Below are positions 29,264 through 38,238 of a DNA stretch of 64,000 nt, in pieces. The notes under the pieces were generated by a model. It had not been told where the DNA came from and made no database searches. It saw only the letters and a list, made by a program, of their open reading frames with translations. Every line of letters begins with the position of its first letter. Within the stretch, counting starts at the first letter, position 1. The DNA is from Escherichia phage vB_EcoM_CUA3, in the sequence record PP410321; one strand, given 5' to 3'. The position numbers and the translations under genes were made by a program.

Positions 29264-29949
29264 TACCAGCCCTCCATAGGAAATTCCAGATATACTTGAG
29301 CATTAACGCGGATTTCATTAGTAATCTTTTTAACACGGTCTGTATTACGAGACACACGACCAAACCAACGCCAACCATTACTTACTGCACGGGAACCTGT
29401 ATGCCATGTCTGCCAATCGAACTGGAGCAACGTGCGGTCAGGAGCATCCCACTTGGTTAATTCATTAGACTCAATTTTTTCCAGAACTTCTTTATGCCAC
29501 TGGCGATAGATAAGTTCGCCTTCAGGAATCTGACTGAACTGTGCAGTTCCGGTTGCAAAATGAGTAGGACACACATCAGCGTTAACAAGACCAAGAATAT
29601 GTTCAGAATGGTATCGAGGATTATCATAATCAGGTTGCCCTGCGGTAATAAAGTGTTGACCTACCGGAATATCCGGGCGTGGTACATCATCATGGTGGAA
29701 GCCTGGAATTGCAGGGTACCAACCGGGCATTAACATGTGTACACGGGAATCAAATACAANNNNNNNNNNNNNNNNNNNNNNNNNNNNNNNNNNNNNNNNN
29801 NNNNNNNNNNNNNNNNNNNNNNNNNNNNNNNNNNNNNNNNNNNNNNNNNNNNNNNNNNNNNNNNNNNNNNNNNNNNNNNNNNNNNNNNNNNNNNNNNNNN
29901 NNNNNNNNNNNNNNNNAGCTTTAGAATTAAAAGTTTTTGGACCGTTCAT
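29263..29949 (-). CDS. hypothetical protein (N-terminus masked)
   Basis: C-terminal about 164 aa visible, His/Trp-rich (FHHDD ... WHTGSR ... RVSR). Confidence 0.4.
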   Translation of the reverse strand: MNGPKTFNSKAXXXXXXXXXXXXXXXXXXXXXXXXXXXXXXXXXXXXXXXXXXXXXXXXXXXXXVFDSRVHMLMPGWYPAIPGFHHDDVPRPDIPVGQHFITAGQPDYDNPRYHSEHILGLVNADVCPTHFATGTAQFSQIPEGELIYRQWHKEVLEKIESNELTKWDAPDRTLLQFDWQTWHTGSRAVSNGWRWFGRVSRNTDRVKKITNEIRVNAQVYLEFPMEGW

Positions 29950-29963
29950 AATATTTTCCTCAC

Positions 29964-30176
29964 TTACTTTTTGTTGAAAAAGTACATTTTACCTTTAGGG
30001 GATAAGGATACACGAAGTGCGTTACCAATACCAACTGAACATTTAACCAGGTCAGCAGATTTCAATTCACCAAATGCTTGACGAAGGTCACCGTCACGAG
30101 TGTTAACCATCAGGCATTTAGCACCAGCTGCACGAACTTCGTTTAACATGTTGATTGCTTGGTTAGAAAGTTTCAT
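29964..30176 (-). CDS. hypothetical small protein
   Basis: ATG at 30174-30176 (MKLSNQ...) preceded by SD ggag and an early promoter; the track ORF extends further upstream through the promoter. Confidence 0.4.
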   Translation of the reverse strand: MKLSNQAINMLNEVRAAGAKCLMVNTRDGDLRQAFGELKSADLVKCSVGIGNALRVSLSPKGKMYFFNKK

Positions 30177-30213
30177 TTTATTCTCCATTTCACTCTGTTG
30201 TTTTGATAGGTCT

Positions 30214-30242
30214 ATAGTATCACACCTATAGACCTTGTACAC
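30214..30242 (-). promoter_or_regulatory. early-promoter-like element (GTGTAC variant)
   Basis: GTGTAC (30237-30242), 17 nt, TACTAT (30214-30219); same repeat family as the other early promoters. Confidence 0.45.
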
Positions 30243-30254
30243 TGTTTTATGCAA

Positions 30255-31214
30255 TTATTTTTCGAAAGGGCGAATTAAATGATGGTTATCTTGGAACCGC
30301 TTGATGTAGTCTTCNNNACCTAACGTCTTATACATATTCACTACAGCTTGGTAGTTTTCCCAGGCATACTCACGGAACCACCCGGAAGTAATTGAGGTGC
30401 ACACTTTCTCAAGAGCNNNNNNNNNNNNNNNNNATGGTGAAATATTAAAGTCATTAGGAACCTGCGAACGTTCTAGTGCCAACACACAGGTTTCTTCATA
30501 TACACCAGCTAGTTTAATAGCTTCAGGCAAAGCTTCAAACTTCTCACGAGAGGTCATGACTTCAGAACCATCTTTCATATAAAAGGTATATGCAGGGCGG
30601 CCTGCCAATGCCACGGCTTCATGAATAGAGTCATGGTCCAGCGTATAAATGGTATCGTTAAAGAATGACGATTTATTAACATCCAATTTAGGATGAGAAT
30701 AGCTCAACGTTTCTTTCTGACGTTGCAGCATGATTTCTTGGAGCTCTTCGTTCAAGGTTACACCTTTATTACGAAGGTATTTGATGTGAGACATCGTCTT
30801 CAGAAAGAACGGGTTGTTCTTCAAATAACGATGGCTCATTTTGATGGCCAGACAGATATCAGGAGTAGCCCAATAGAAACCTGTAAGACGGTCTTTCTTA
30901 ATATGGTTTTCAGCATATTTCAAGAGACGATAGCTTGAAGTGAAATCCTCATCTTGAAGTTCGCCAGTAATTTCACGGACATTAGTCAGAGCACGAACGA
31001 TATAAGCTTCAAAATAGGTTTCTTTACCATTGTGCATGCATTTAAAGGCCTGGACATCAGGGTTGTCTACATGTACATGGGCGCCGAACATCCGAGCTTT
31101 AAATTGATTCCATGACCCCTGGTCGGCAATAAAATCCCAATCAGAATTTTCGATATATTTACTTTCAATCAAACCAGCGTGGTGCAGTGCACGAGAACCA
31201 ATAACTAGCATCAT
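30255..31214 (-). CDS. hypothetical protein with nucleotidyltransferase-like N-terminal motif
   Basis: 319 aa; N-terminal VIGSRALHHAG...SDWDF resembles the GS...D-x-D motif of the 16922..17892 protein but with longer spacing. Confidence 0.4.
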   Translation of the reverse strand: MMLVIGSRALHHAGLIESKYIENSDWDFIADQGSWNQFKARMFGAHVHVDNPDVQAFKCMHNGKETYFEAYIVRALTNVREITGELQDEDFTSSYRLLKYAENHIKKDRLTGFYWATPDICLAIKMSHRYLKNNPFFLKTMSHIKYLRNKGVTLNEELQEIMLQRQKETLSYSHPKLDVNKSSFFNDTIYTLDHDSIHEAVALAGRPAYTFYMKDGSEVMTSREKFEALPEAIKLAGVYEETCVLALERSQVPNDFNISPXXXXXXALEKVCTSITSGWFREYAWENYQAVVNMYKTLGXEDYIKRFQDNHHLIRPFEK

Positions 31215-31415
31215 AATATTTTCCTCATTAATAAAGACGAGTTACTTCATATTTACCCAGTTCAGATTTTTTGCTTCAATACGCGTTGCGGCTAGATTAG
31301 CAGCCTCTAGTGAAGAAAATTGGACCACTTGGGAAGTATTCTGCCTTACGCCACCTTGTGGGTGAGTAACAAAAACAATAAGAACATTATACATAATATT
31401 TTCCTCAGAGTAAAC

Positions 31416-31664
31416 TTAAATTTCAGCAACGTAATCGTTATGCAATTCCCACATATCATCAGAATTATTCTTAATGATAGGAATTATCTCATTAGAGATT
31501 TCTTCTGCATAAGGGTCATTGATACAGTGAGCATCTTCAAAACGAACACCGTAATCAGACTTCTTATAGGCAAAGCCATAAATCTTTTTAAACTTGGCAC
31601 GACTAATGCGCACCGGCTCATCAGACTTATCAGACTTATCAGACAGTGGAGAGTAATACCACAT
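31416..31664 (-). CDS. hypothetical protein
   Basis: 82-aa ORF containing an SDKSDKSD repeat. Confidence 0.35.
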   Translation of the reverse strand: MWYYSPLSDKSDKSDEPVRISRAKFKKIYGFAYKKSDYGVRFEDAHCINDPYAEEISNEIIPIIKNNSDDMWELHNDYVAEI

Positions 31665-31708
31665 AATGTTCTCCTCATGTTTGTGTAAGGTAATAGTAAC
31701 ACAAGTTT

Positions 31709-32059
31709 TTAGAGTTGTACATCACTTCTGCAATATTCTAAAAATAATTTATCGCTGTCTACTGTATCCCAACGCCGCCAAGATGGATTCCAGACCAAAG
31801 CGTTGTCACCACAATCATTGAGCTTAAAATGGTCATAGTACATAGCTATGTGTCTAGTCTCGTCACCAGAGAACCCTAGTATAGGCTCGCCATGGGTATG
31901 ATACATATGATGGTGCATTGAGAGGTCGCATTTATAAAACATCTCACGTTTACCACGAACGAACAAGAAAGCTTGCCCGTTCATATAGAATTCTTTATCT
32001 GTTTTCAAAAGATATTTGAATACTGAATCTTTGTGCATAAGTCCTCCTACCACATCCAT
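31709..32059 (-). CDS. hypothetical His-rich protein
   Basis: 116 aa, HHHMYHTHGE cluster. Confidence 0.35.
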   Translation of the reverse strand: MDVVGGLMHKDSVFKYLLKTDKEFYMNGQAFLFVRGKREMFYKCDLSMHHHMYHTHGEPILGFSGDETRHIAMYYDHFKLNDCGDNALVWNPSWRRWDTVDSDKLFLEYCRSDVQL

Positions 32060-32068
32060 GTGATTAAA

Positions 32069-32296
32069 TTATTTTCCTAAAGAAATACGGGTAGGTTTTT
32101 TACCAAAGTATTCTTCATAAGAGCCATCTAAACGACCCGCTTTAGACCGACAATACGAATCGTACTTTTTGTAATAAGTCATCTCGGTATTATAACGCGG
32201 GTGTCTATCGGCCATAATAATACTTAATGGCCAACCTTTGGCATAATCGCGAAGACCATTTATTTTACGAATGTATCTTTTCTTTAATTTTAGCAT
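32069..32296 (-). CDS. hypothetical basic protein
   Basis: 75-aa ORF. Confidence 0.3.
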   Translation of the reverse strand: MLKLKKRYIRKINGLRDYAKGWPLSIIMADRHPRYNTEMTYYKKYDSYCRSKAGRLDGSYEEYFGKKPTRISLGK

Positions 32297-32514
32297 GAGC
32301 TCGGGTACCAGATTTTACCATCAGAACGAGCAACGAAGGTACGTCCAGCTTCTTCACCATAACAAGAGCTGTTCAACCAGTCTTCGAGACGAACTTCACC
32401 GTCATAATCATCGAGCTCAACACCGAAATCCTGAGCAGAAGCCATTTCTTTTACTTTCTTATACAGTGCAGCCAGTTCGAGTGCCGCTTTTTCTAATTCA
32501 TTAATATCAGTCAT
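32290..32514 (-). CDS. small protein, paralog family with C-terminal W-x-S-S-x-C (member 1)
   Basis: 74 aa, N-terminal helix, ends ...GKIWYPSSC. Confidence 0.5.
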   Translation of the reverse strand: MTDINELEKAALELAALYKKVKEMASAQDFGVELDDYDGEVRLEDWLNSSCYGEEAGRTFVARSDGKIWYPSSC

Positions 32515-32526
32515 TTTTTTNANNCC

Positions 32527-32736
32527 TTAGCAAGACATAGAGGAGCTAAACCAGAAACCTTCACCTTCAGGAATACCGTAATCATCACGAACCCATTCGT
32601 AATCATCATATTCCGGACTAGAAGCTGGAATATATTCTTCGCCACCGGCGTGGAAGTGCTGACCTGTTTCGTCAGCCACGGACTGGCCTTTACGTACTAA
32701 TTCACGGATTTGTTTTTCAATTTCATCAATAGTCAT
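32527..32736 (-). CDS. small protein, paralog family member 2
   Basis: 69 aa, ends ...GFWFSSSMSC. Confidence 0.5.
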   Translation of the reverse strand: MTIDEIEKQIRELVRKGQSVADETGQHFHAGGEEYIPASSPEYDDYEWVRDDYGIPEGEGFWFSSSMSC

Positions 32737-32745
32737 TTTATTACC

Positions 32746-32943
32746 TTAGCATTCGTAAGAGGATGATACCCAAGAGGTACCACTAATTGTAATACAACCA
32801 TTATAAAGCGTGATATGACGTTCCAGGTTACGTTGACCATCGATATAGATATCAGCTTCTTCGCGTTCTTCTTTACAAATCTGGATAACGTTTTCAATAG
32901 CTGCGGCTGCAGTACGGATTGCACAATCTAATTCACGAGACAT
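32746..32943 (-). CDS. small protein, paralog family member 3
   Basis: 65 aa, ends ...TSWVSSSYEC. Confidence 0.5.
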   Translation of the reverse strand: MSRELDCAIRTAAAAIENVIQICKEEREEADIYIDGQRNLERHITLYNGCITISGTSWVSSSYEC

Positions 32944-32952
32944 AATATTTCC

Positions 32953-33234
32953 TTAACATTCAGCAGAAGAGGACACCCAGCCGCCATTTTCTAGGTCGGT
33001 TGTGTAGTCATGAGTATTAACAATAGCCCATTCAGGATGACCATGTTCTTCCCAATGAGCAAGGTCAGCTTTCAAGGCGCCAGGAGAATAATAGTCACCG
33101 CCCATACCGCGAGCAGGGTATATATTAAAATGAGTCTCATATTTGTCTGCAATTTCCTCAGCACGACGAATAGCTTTATGGATGTCATTTACTGCGGCCA
33201 GNNNNTCTTTATTTTTACGGTAATCATTCATCAT
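32953..33234 (-). CDS. small protein, paralog family member 4
   Basis: 93 aa, ends ...GGWVSSSAEC. Confidence 0.5.
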   Translation of the reverse strand: MMNDYRKNKXXLAAVNDIHKAIRRAEEIADKYETHFNIYPARGMGGDYYSPGALKADLAHWEEHGHPEWAIVNTHDYTTDLENGGWVSSSAEC

Positions 33235-33243
33235 AGCGTTTCC

Positions 33244-33534
33244 TTAGCACATTGCCGAAGAGGAGACCCAAGCACCAACTGTAACGACACCGTTTTCAAC
33301 TTCGCCGCCGTTGTTTTCAATTTCATCTTTAAACCACTGGGAGCATTCATAACCGACCGGATAGTATGTACGTCCTGAACCATAATCGCCGGTACCGAAT
33401 TGGATACCATACTTATCGGCAATAGCTTCACATTTATGTTCGATGATATCTACTTTACCGAGTAGAGCATAGATAGCCTTTTCTGCAGATTTCTCGTCAT
33501 TGTATTCAGGGATTTCAATTTCAATTTTATTCAT
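33244..33534 (-). CDS. small protein, paralog family member 5
   Basis: 96 aa, ends ...GAWVSSSAMC. Confidence 0.5.
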   Translation of the reverse strand: MNKIEIEIPEYNDEKSAEKAIYALLGKVDIIEHKCEAIADKYGIQFGTGDYGSGRTYYPVGYECSQWFKDEIENNGGEVENGVVTVGAWVSSSAMC

Positions 33535-33884
33535 GATTTACATTCCTTAATAAAGGTTTCAAGGTCATTACGTTTGGTTTGTTTTACATACTCATTATAA
33601 TTAGCCATCTCTAAAGCATATCTCTTACGGATTGGAGCATTCAAAGCATTTGTATGGCAAATATCATACACGAGAGGGATAAAATAAGTCACGACAGCTG
33701 GAGCGATTATCATATAGAAGCCCATCTCAATAGGCTTGACTCCTTCGATTGCCGCCATAACCGTGGTCATTACCAGACCAACCAGACCTCCGAGCATACC
33801 GGTGATAATTCCCGTAAATAAGGAAATAGCAATATCATATTCAGCCAATTGATAAACATGTGATGAAAGATTAGGCCGTTCCAT
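33531..33884 (-). CDS. hypothetical membrane protein with C-terminal FIKECKS motif
   Basis: ATG 33882-33884 with SD aagagg; two TM helices; ends ...ETFIKECKS with ATGA overlap to next gene. Confidence 0.45.
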   Translation of the reverse strand: MERPNLSSHVYQLAEYDIAISLFTGIITGMLGGLVGLVMTTVMAAIEGVKPIEMGFYMIIAPAVVTYFIPLVYDICHTNALNAPIRKRYALEMANYNEYVKQTKRNDLETFIKECKS

Positions 33885-34413
33885 TTTGAACCTCTTTAGC
33901 GTATTCACGGCATTCTTTAATAAAATTATTAAGCTTACGTTGCTGTTTACGACTTTCTAATGTATACTCGTCTGCCAAAATAGTAAGTTCACCTTTATCG
34001 TAATTTTTAATATCCGAATAACTCGGGCGGCGGTCGACCATTCCAAATACATCACCGTTTTCTAGTGCCACATAACATACTAAATGATAATCATCATCTG
34101 CATCATTAATATGTACACAGTCGGTACTCTCGTTTAAAGAATATACCGAATATCTCACTCCGGCGAATTTAGCACTCTGTATACCCAATNNNNNGTCGAT
34201 GATTTCTAAAGCTTCTGCAAAAGAAAGGTCTTCAGCTAAAGCAAAGATAAAGGGTAATTTGGTAGTATCGCCACGGCTAGATGTTCTGCTTAAGAAATCG
34301 TTTGAATAGCCTAGGTCTTGGCGAATTCTATAAAGAACTGAATTGGTTTCATGGGAAAGACCACTATTTTTAAACCAATCAATATTTGATATCAAATTAT
34401 CATATAAACTCAT
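33871..34413 (-). CDS. hypothetical protein
   Basis: 180-aa ORF; contains NNFIKECRE near C-terminus. Confidence 0.4.
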   Translation of the reverse strand: MSLYDNLISNIDWFKNSGLSHETNSVLYRIRQDLGYSNDFLSRTSSRGDTTKLPFIFALAEDLSFAEALEIIDXXLGIQSAKFAGVRYSVYSLNESTDCVHINDADDDYHLVCYVALENGDVFGMVDRRPSYSDIKNYDKGELTILADEYTLESRKQQRKLNNFIKECREYAKEVQNGTA

Positions 34414-34461
34414 AATATTCTCCTCTCCTCCAAATAGGGAGACCGAAGTCTCCCGGTAATA

Positions 34462-35054
34462 TTACTTAAGTGAATTAATGTAGTCTTCGATATCAGCAGA
34501 AGTCGTATCCATTCCAACTTGTGGGCCTTTAAACGTTTCTACACGAAGCAGGGTATCTTCAATATCAATCTTAGTCAGTGCAGCGATTTCAACAACATCA
34601 TCGGCAGTAGCAATACCAAGGGCCGCCATATTACGAGTTTCACGAATGTACTCAAGCTTAACCGCTAGTTCCTGGCGAGAGTCATCAAGTTCCTTGACCT
34701 TAAGCTTAATTTCATTACGCATTTCAACATAATCATCGGCTTTCTTACGAAGTTGAGTAGCCGTACGACGATAAAGGAGGCCAAGTTTAGCATGCACCTG
34801 AACATCAGAGCCTTCTTTAATCAGTTTACGAATTTCTCGTTCTTTAGAACTAGCCAGTTGGTCCTTTTCGTTAGCGAGTTCACGGATACGTTTTTCTTCA
34901 TTCACAGACTTAACATGGGCAGTCTGGAGCTCAGTGATTTTATCAATCAGAGTAGAAGCAGCTTTGGTATACTGGTCTTCGATTGACAGGTTCTGAGTCA
35001 TTGCGGTACCCAGTTTAGAACGGATGAATTCAACGATTTTCTTTAAAGTGTTCA
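34462..35054 (-). CDS. coiled-coil protein of unknown function
   Basis: ATG 35052-35054 (MNTLKK...) behind an early promoter; about 197 aa, heptad-rich. Confidence 0.45.
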
Positions 35055-35098
35055 TAGTATTTCCTTCAGTCGGTTGATATTTTGTAATCCACGAGGAC

Positions 35099-35128
35099 AT
35101 TATACCCTGTCCTCAGAGGTTTGTAAAC
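35099..35128 (-). promoter_or_regulatory. T4-type early promoter
   Basis: GTTTAC (35123-35128), 18 nt, TATAAT (35099-35104). Confidence 0.55.
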
Positions 35129-35132
35129 ATTT

Positions 35133-35531
35133 TTATTTCATTTTTGCGAGGCAGATTTCATTGGCTTCCCATTGAGCTTGCTTAATAATAGCTTTGGATA
35201 CAGGAACCCTTTGACCGTAAGTTTTTGATGTTGAGAGAACAATATGTTTGTTTGCTTCATTATGCCAGCCCCATGATTTTTCGCCATGAGTACCTTTAAC
35301 TACAGCTGACACCTCAACAGAGCAACCACCATCAGAAATCTTGGTTTCAACAATCCATTCATTTCTCTCAGCGGCTTCAATTTCCGATCTCCTTTTTTCT
35401 TCATACATGGCGGCCCAATCAGTTTTCGCCAGGTTGAAAGCAAGAGCTTTCTCTAATTCTTTGGCAGCTTTTTGTTGTTCGGGCGATAACGAATTATACA
35501 ACTCTTGCATTTCTTTATCTTCGATGTTCAT
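35133..35531 (-). CDS. hypothetical protein
   Basis: ATG 35529-35531 (MNIEDKEMQ) with SD aggagag; early promoter -10 upstream. Confidence 0.4.
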   Translation of the reverse strand: MNIEDKEMQELYNSLSPEQQKAAKELEKALAFNLAKTDWAAMYEEKRRSEIEAAERNEWIVETKISDGGCSVEVSAVVKGTHGEKSWGWHNEANKHIVLSTSKTYGQRVPVSKAIIKQAQWEANEICLAKMK

Positions 35532-36241
35532 TATGCTCTCCTTCACTCTGTTGTTTTGATAGGTCTATAGTATCATNTTNNNNNNNNNNNNNNNNNNNNN
35601 NNNNNNNNNNNNNNNNNNNNNNNNNNNNNNNNNNNNNNNNNNNNNNNNNNNNNNNNNNNNNNNNNNNNNNNNNNNNNNNNNNNNNNNNNNNNNNNNNNNN
35701 NNNNNNNNNNNNNNNNNNNNNNNNNNNNNNNNNNNNNNNNNNNNNNNNNNNNNNNNNNNNNNNNNNNNNNNNNNNNNNNNNNNNNNNNNNNNNNNNNNNN
35801 NNNNNNNNNNNNNNNNNNNNNNNNNNNNNNNNNNNNNNNNNNNNNNNNNNNNNNNNNNNNNNNNNNNNNNNNNNNNNNNNNNNNNNNNNNNNNNNNNNNN
35901 NNNNNNNNNNNNNNNNNNNNNNNNNNNNNNNNNNNNNNNNNNNNNNNNNNNNNNNNNNNNNNNNNNNNNNNNNNNNNNNNNNNNNNNNNNNNNNNNNNNN
36001 NNNNNNNNNNNNNNNNNNNNNNNNNNNNNNNNNNNNNNNNNNNNNNNNNNNNNNNNNNNNNNNNNNNNNNNNNNNNNNNNNNNNNNNNNNNNNNNNNNNN
36101 NNNNNNNNNNNNNNNNNNNNNNNNNNNNNNNNNNNNNNNNNNNNNNNNNNNNNNNNNNNNNNNNNNNNNNNNNNNNNNNNNNNNNNNNNNNNNNNNNNNN
36201 NNNNNNNNNNNNNNNNNNNNNNNNNNNNNNNNTATTTATAC

Positions 36242-36269
36242 AAAAAAGGCCCAACCTTTCGGAAGGGCC
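36242..36269 (-). terminator. rho-independent terminator at distal end of the tRNA/stable-RNA cluster
   Basis: minus-strand GC-rich hairpin (ggccc...gggcc) followed by UUUUUU. Confidence 0.55.
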
Positions 36270-36289
36270 TTTAACCTAGGGTAACCTTG

Positions 36290-36439
36290 TCGGGGTTCCA
36301 CCTGCTAGGCAAGTGTTCNGTGCGCCGTTTCAGCTGTGAGATAAGGGACTTTAAGATGAACTCATGTACGCCTTAAAGTCGGGTCTTATTCAGGGAACAT
36401 CAGTCCGACGACTTACCGGTAGCGACCCGGTTTCTTGTT
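36290..36439 (-). ncRNA. candidate small stable RNA between tRNA-Arg and terminator
   Basis: about 150 nt with no ORF, bounded by tRNA-Arg 3' end and a terminator; no tRNA cloverleaf found; T4 encodes stable RNAs of unknown function in its tRNA cluster. Confidence 0.25.
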
Positions 36440-36515
36440 TGGTCGAGACAGTAGGGATCGAACCTACGACCCAGGACTTAGAAGGTCCTTGCTCTTCCTT
36501 CTGAGCTATGCCTCG
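36440..36515 (-). tRNA. tRNA-Arg (anticodon UCU)
   Basis: manual cloverleaf: acceptor cgaggca/tgtctcg, D-arm gctc...gagc, anticodon loop cuUCUaa, T-arm gtagg-ttcgatc-cctac, encoded CCA. Confidence 0.8.
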
Positions 36516-36519
36516 TATT

Positions 36520-36594
36520 TGGCGGACATGCATGGATTCGAACCATGGACCAATTGATTAACAGTCAACTGCTCTACCACTGAGCTACACATCC
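36520..36594 (-). tRNA. tRNA-Asn (anticodon GUU)
   Basis: manual cloverleaf: acceptor ggatgtg/catgtcc with G-U pairs, D-arm gctc-agtggta-gagc, anticodon loop cuGUUaa, T-arm catgg-ttcgaat-ccatg, encoded CCA. Confidence 0.75.
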
Positions 36595-36598
36595 AAAT

Positions 36599-36672
36599 TG
36601 GTGGCCCTGGGTGGAATCGAACCACCATCCAGCGATTATGAGTCGCTCGCTTGACCGTCCAGCTACAGGGCC
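36599..36672 (-). tRNA. tRNA with CAU anticodon (Met or lysidine-type Ile)
   Basis: manual cloverleaf: acceptor ggccctg/cagggcc, anticodon stem agcga/tcgct, loop cuCAUaa, T-arm ggtgg-ttcgatt-ccacc, encoded CCA. Confidence 0.75.
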
Positions 36673-37042
36673 TTAATTNNNNNNNNNNNNNNNNNNNNNN
36701 NNNNNNNNNNNNNNNNNNNNNNNNNNNNNNNNNNNNNNNNNNNNNNNNNNNNNNNNNNNNNNNNNNNNNNNNNNNNNNNNNNNNNNNNNNNNNNNNNNNN
36801 NNNNNNNNNNNNNNNNNNNNNNNNNNNNNNNNNNNNNNNNNNNNNNNNNNNNNNNNNNNNNNNNNNNNNNNNNNNNNNNNNNNNNNNNNNNNNNNNNNNN
36901 NNNNNNNNNNNNNNNNNNNNNNNNNNNNNNNNNNNNNNNNNNNNNNNNNNNNNNNNNNNNNNNNNNNNNNNNNNNNNNNNNNNNNNNNNNNNNTCTATTA
37001 TGAAAGGCTCTTTGAGTGAAGAACCTTTGGTAATAGAGGGTA

Positions 37043-37837
37043 TTAATGATAGAGTAATAATATCATATAATTCTTAAAGCATATTAANNNNNNNNNNNNN
37101 NNNNNNNNNNNNNNNNNNNNNNNNNNNNNNNNNNNNNNNNNNNNNNNNNNNNNNNNNNNNNNNNNNNNNNNNNNNNNNNNNNNNNNNNNNNNNNNNNNNN
37201 NNNNNNNNNNNNNNNNNNNNNNNNNNNNNNNNNNNNNNNNNNNNNNNNNNNNNNNNNNNNNNNNNNNNNNNNNNNNNNNNNNNNNNNNNNNNNNNNNNNN
37301 NNNNNNNNNNNNNNNNNNNNNNNNNNNNNNNNNNNNNNNNNNNNNNNNNNNNNNNNNNNNNNNNNNNNNNNNNNNNNNNNNNNNNNNNNNNNNNNNNNNN
37401 NNNNNNNNNNNNNNNNNNNNNNNNNNNNNNNNNNNNNNNNNNNNNNNNNNNNNNNNNNNNNNNNNNNNNNNNNNNNNNNNNNNNNNNNNNNNNNNNNNNN
37501 NNNNNNNNNNNNNNNNNNNNNNNNNNNNNNNNNNNNNNNNNNNNNNNNNNNNNNNNNNCATATTAATATAGTCAAGTTTAATAGAAGCAATCTTTAAAGG
37601 ATTTTTAAAGATGTCGTATTCGACCAATCCATTTTCAGTTGCGGTATAAAAAGTAAAGTTGACAGAATTATAACGATGGCTGTTAACTTTGAGTTTAACA
37701 CCGCTTGAACTACGGCCAATATTAACCTGTTGAACATCAAGCACAGCATCTTTGCCGTAATTTCGAATCAACAACTCGGCTGCAACCTGATCGGATTTAT
37801 ATCCATTCTCTGGATTAGTAACCTTAACGTATAACAT
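37043..37837 (-). CDS. hypothetical protein (C-terminal two thirds masked)
   Basis: N-terminal 93 aa visible (MLYVKVTNPENGYKSDQ...). Confidence 0.3.
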   Translation of the reverse strand: MLYVKVTNPENGYKSDQVAAELLIRNYGKDAVLDVQQVNIGRSSSGVKLKVNSHRYNSVNFTFYTATENGLVEYDIFKNPLKIASIKLDYINMXXXXXXXXXXXXXXXXXXXXXXXXXXXXXXXXXXXXXXXXXXXXXXXXXXXXXXXXXXXXXXXXXXXXXXXXXXXXXXXXXXXXXXXXXXXXXXXXXXXXXXXXXXXXXXXXXXXXXXXXXXXXXXXXXXXXXXXXXXXXXXXXXXXXXXXXXXXXXLICFKNYMILLLYH

Positions 37838-38023
37838 TTAACCCTCGTCTACAATAGTGTGGGTATTGGCATTAACAATCTGCCACCAGTCAAAACGATT
37901 GGAACCATAACAAGGCTTATTCTCGTTTTCTTTAATGATATCGCGCAGTTCATCTTCAGNGAAGCCTTTNGCGATTAAGTCAGCATAACCGCCACGAGGG
38001 TAATAGTTATCACCCGCAAACAA
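37838..38023 (-). CDS. hypothetical small protein
   Basis: 61-aa ORF. Confidence 0.3.
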   Translation of the reverse strand: MFAGDNYYPRGGYADLIXKGFXEDELRDIIKENENKPCYGSNRFDWWQIVNANTHTIVDEG

Positions 38024-38238
38024 AANNNNNNNNNNNNNNNNNNNNNNNNNNNNNNNNNNNNNNNNNNNNNNNNNNNNNNNNNNNNNNNNNNNNNNNNNNN
38101 NNNNNNNNNNNNNNNNNNNNNNNNNNNNNNNNNNNNNNNNNNNNNNNNNNNNNNNNNNNNNNNNNNNNNNNNNNNNNNNNNNNNNNNNNNNNNNNNNNNN
38201 NNNNNNNNNNNNNNNNNNNNNNNNNNNNNNNNNNNNNN

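Noticed and set aside
30208-30232. Inverted repeat ggtctatag/ctatagacc overlapping the -10 of the 30214 promoter
   Set aside because: Largely a consequence of the palindromic TACTATAG core of the promoter repeat; it does not involve the SD, so it was not grouped with the SD-sequestering hairpins.
31620-31645. Short tandem repeat cagacttat x2.5 encoding SDKSDKSD
   Set aside because: Only 2.5 copies of a 9-nt unit inside an ORF; most likely trivial slippage rather than a functional repeat.
34462-35054. Possible PspA/IM30-like identity for the coiled-coil protein
   Set aside because: Only overall length and heptad character resemble PspA; no specific motif could be confirmed by eye, so it is left as a coiled-coil protein of unknown function.
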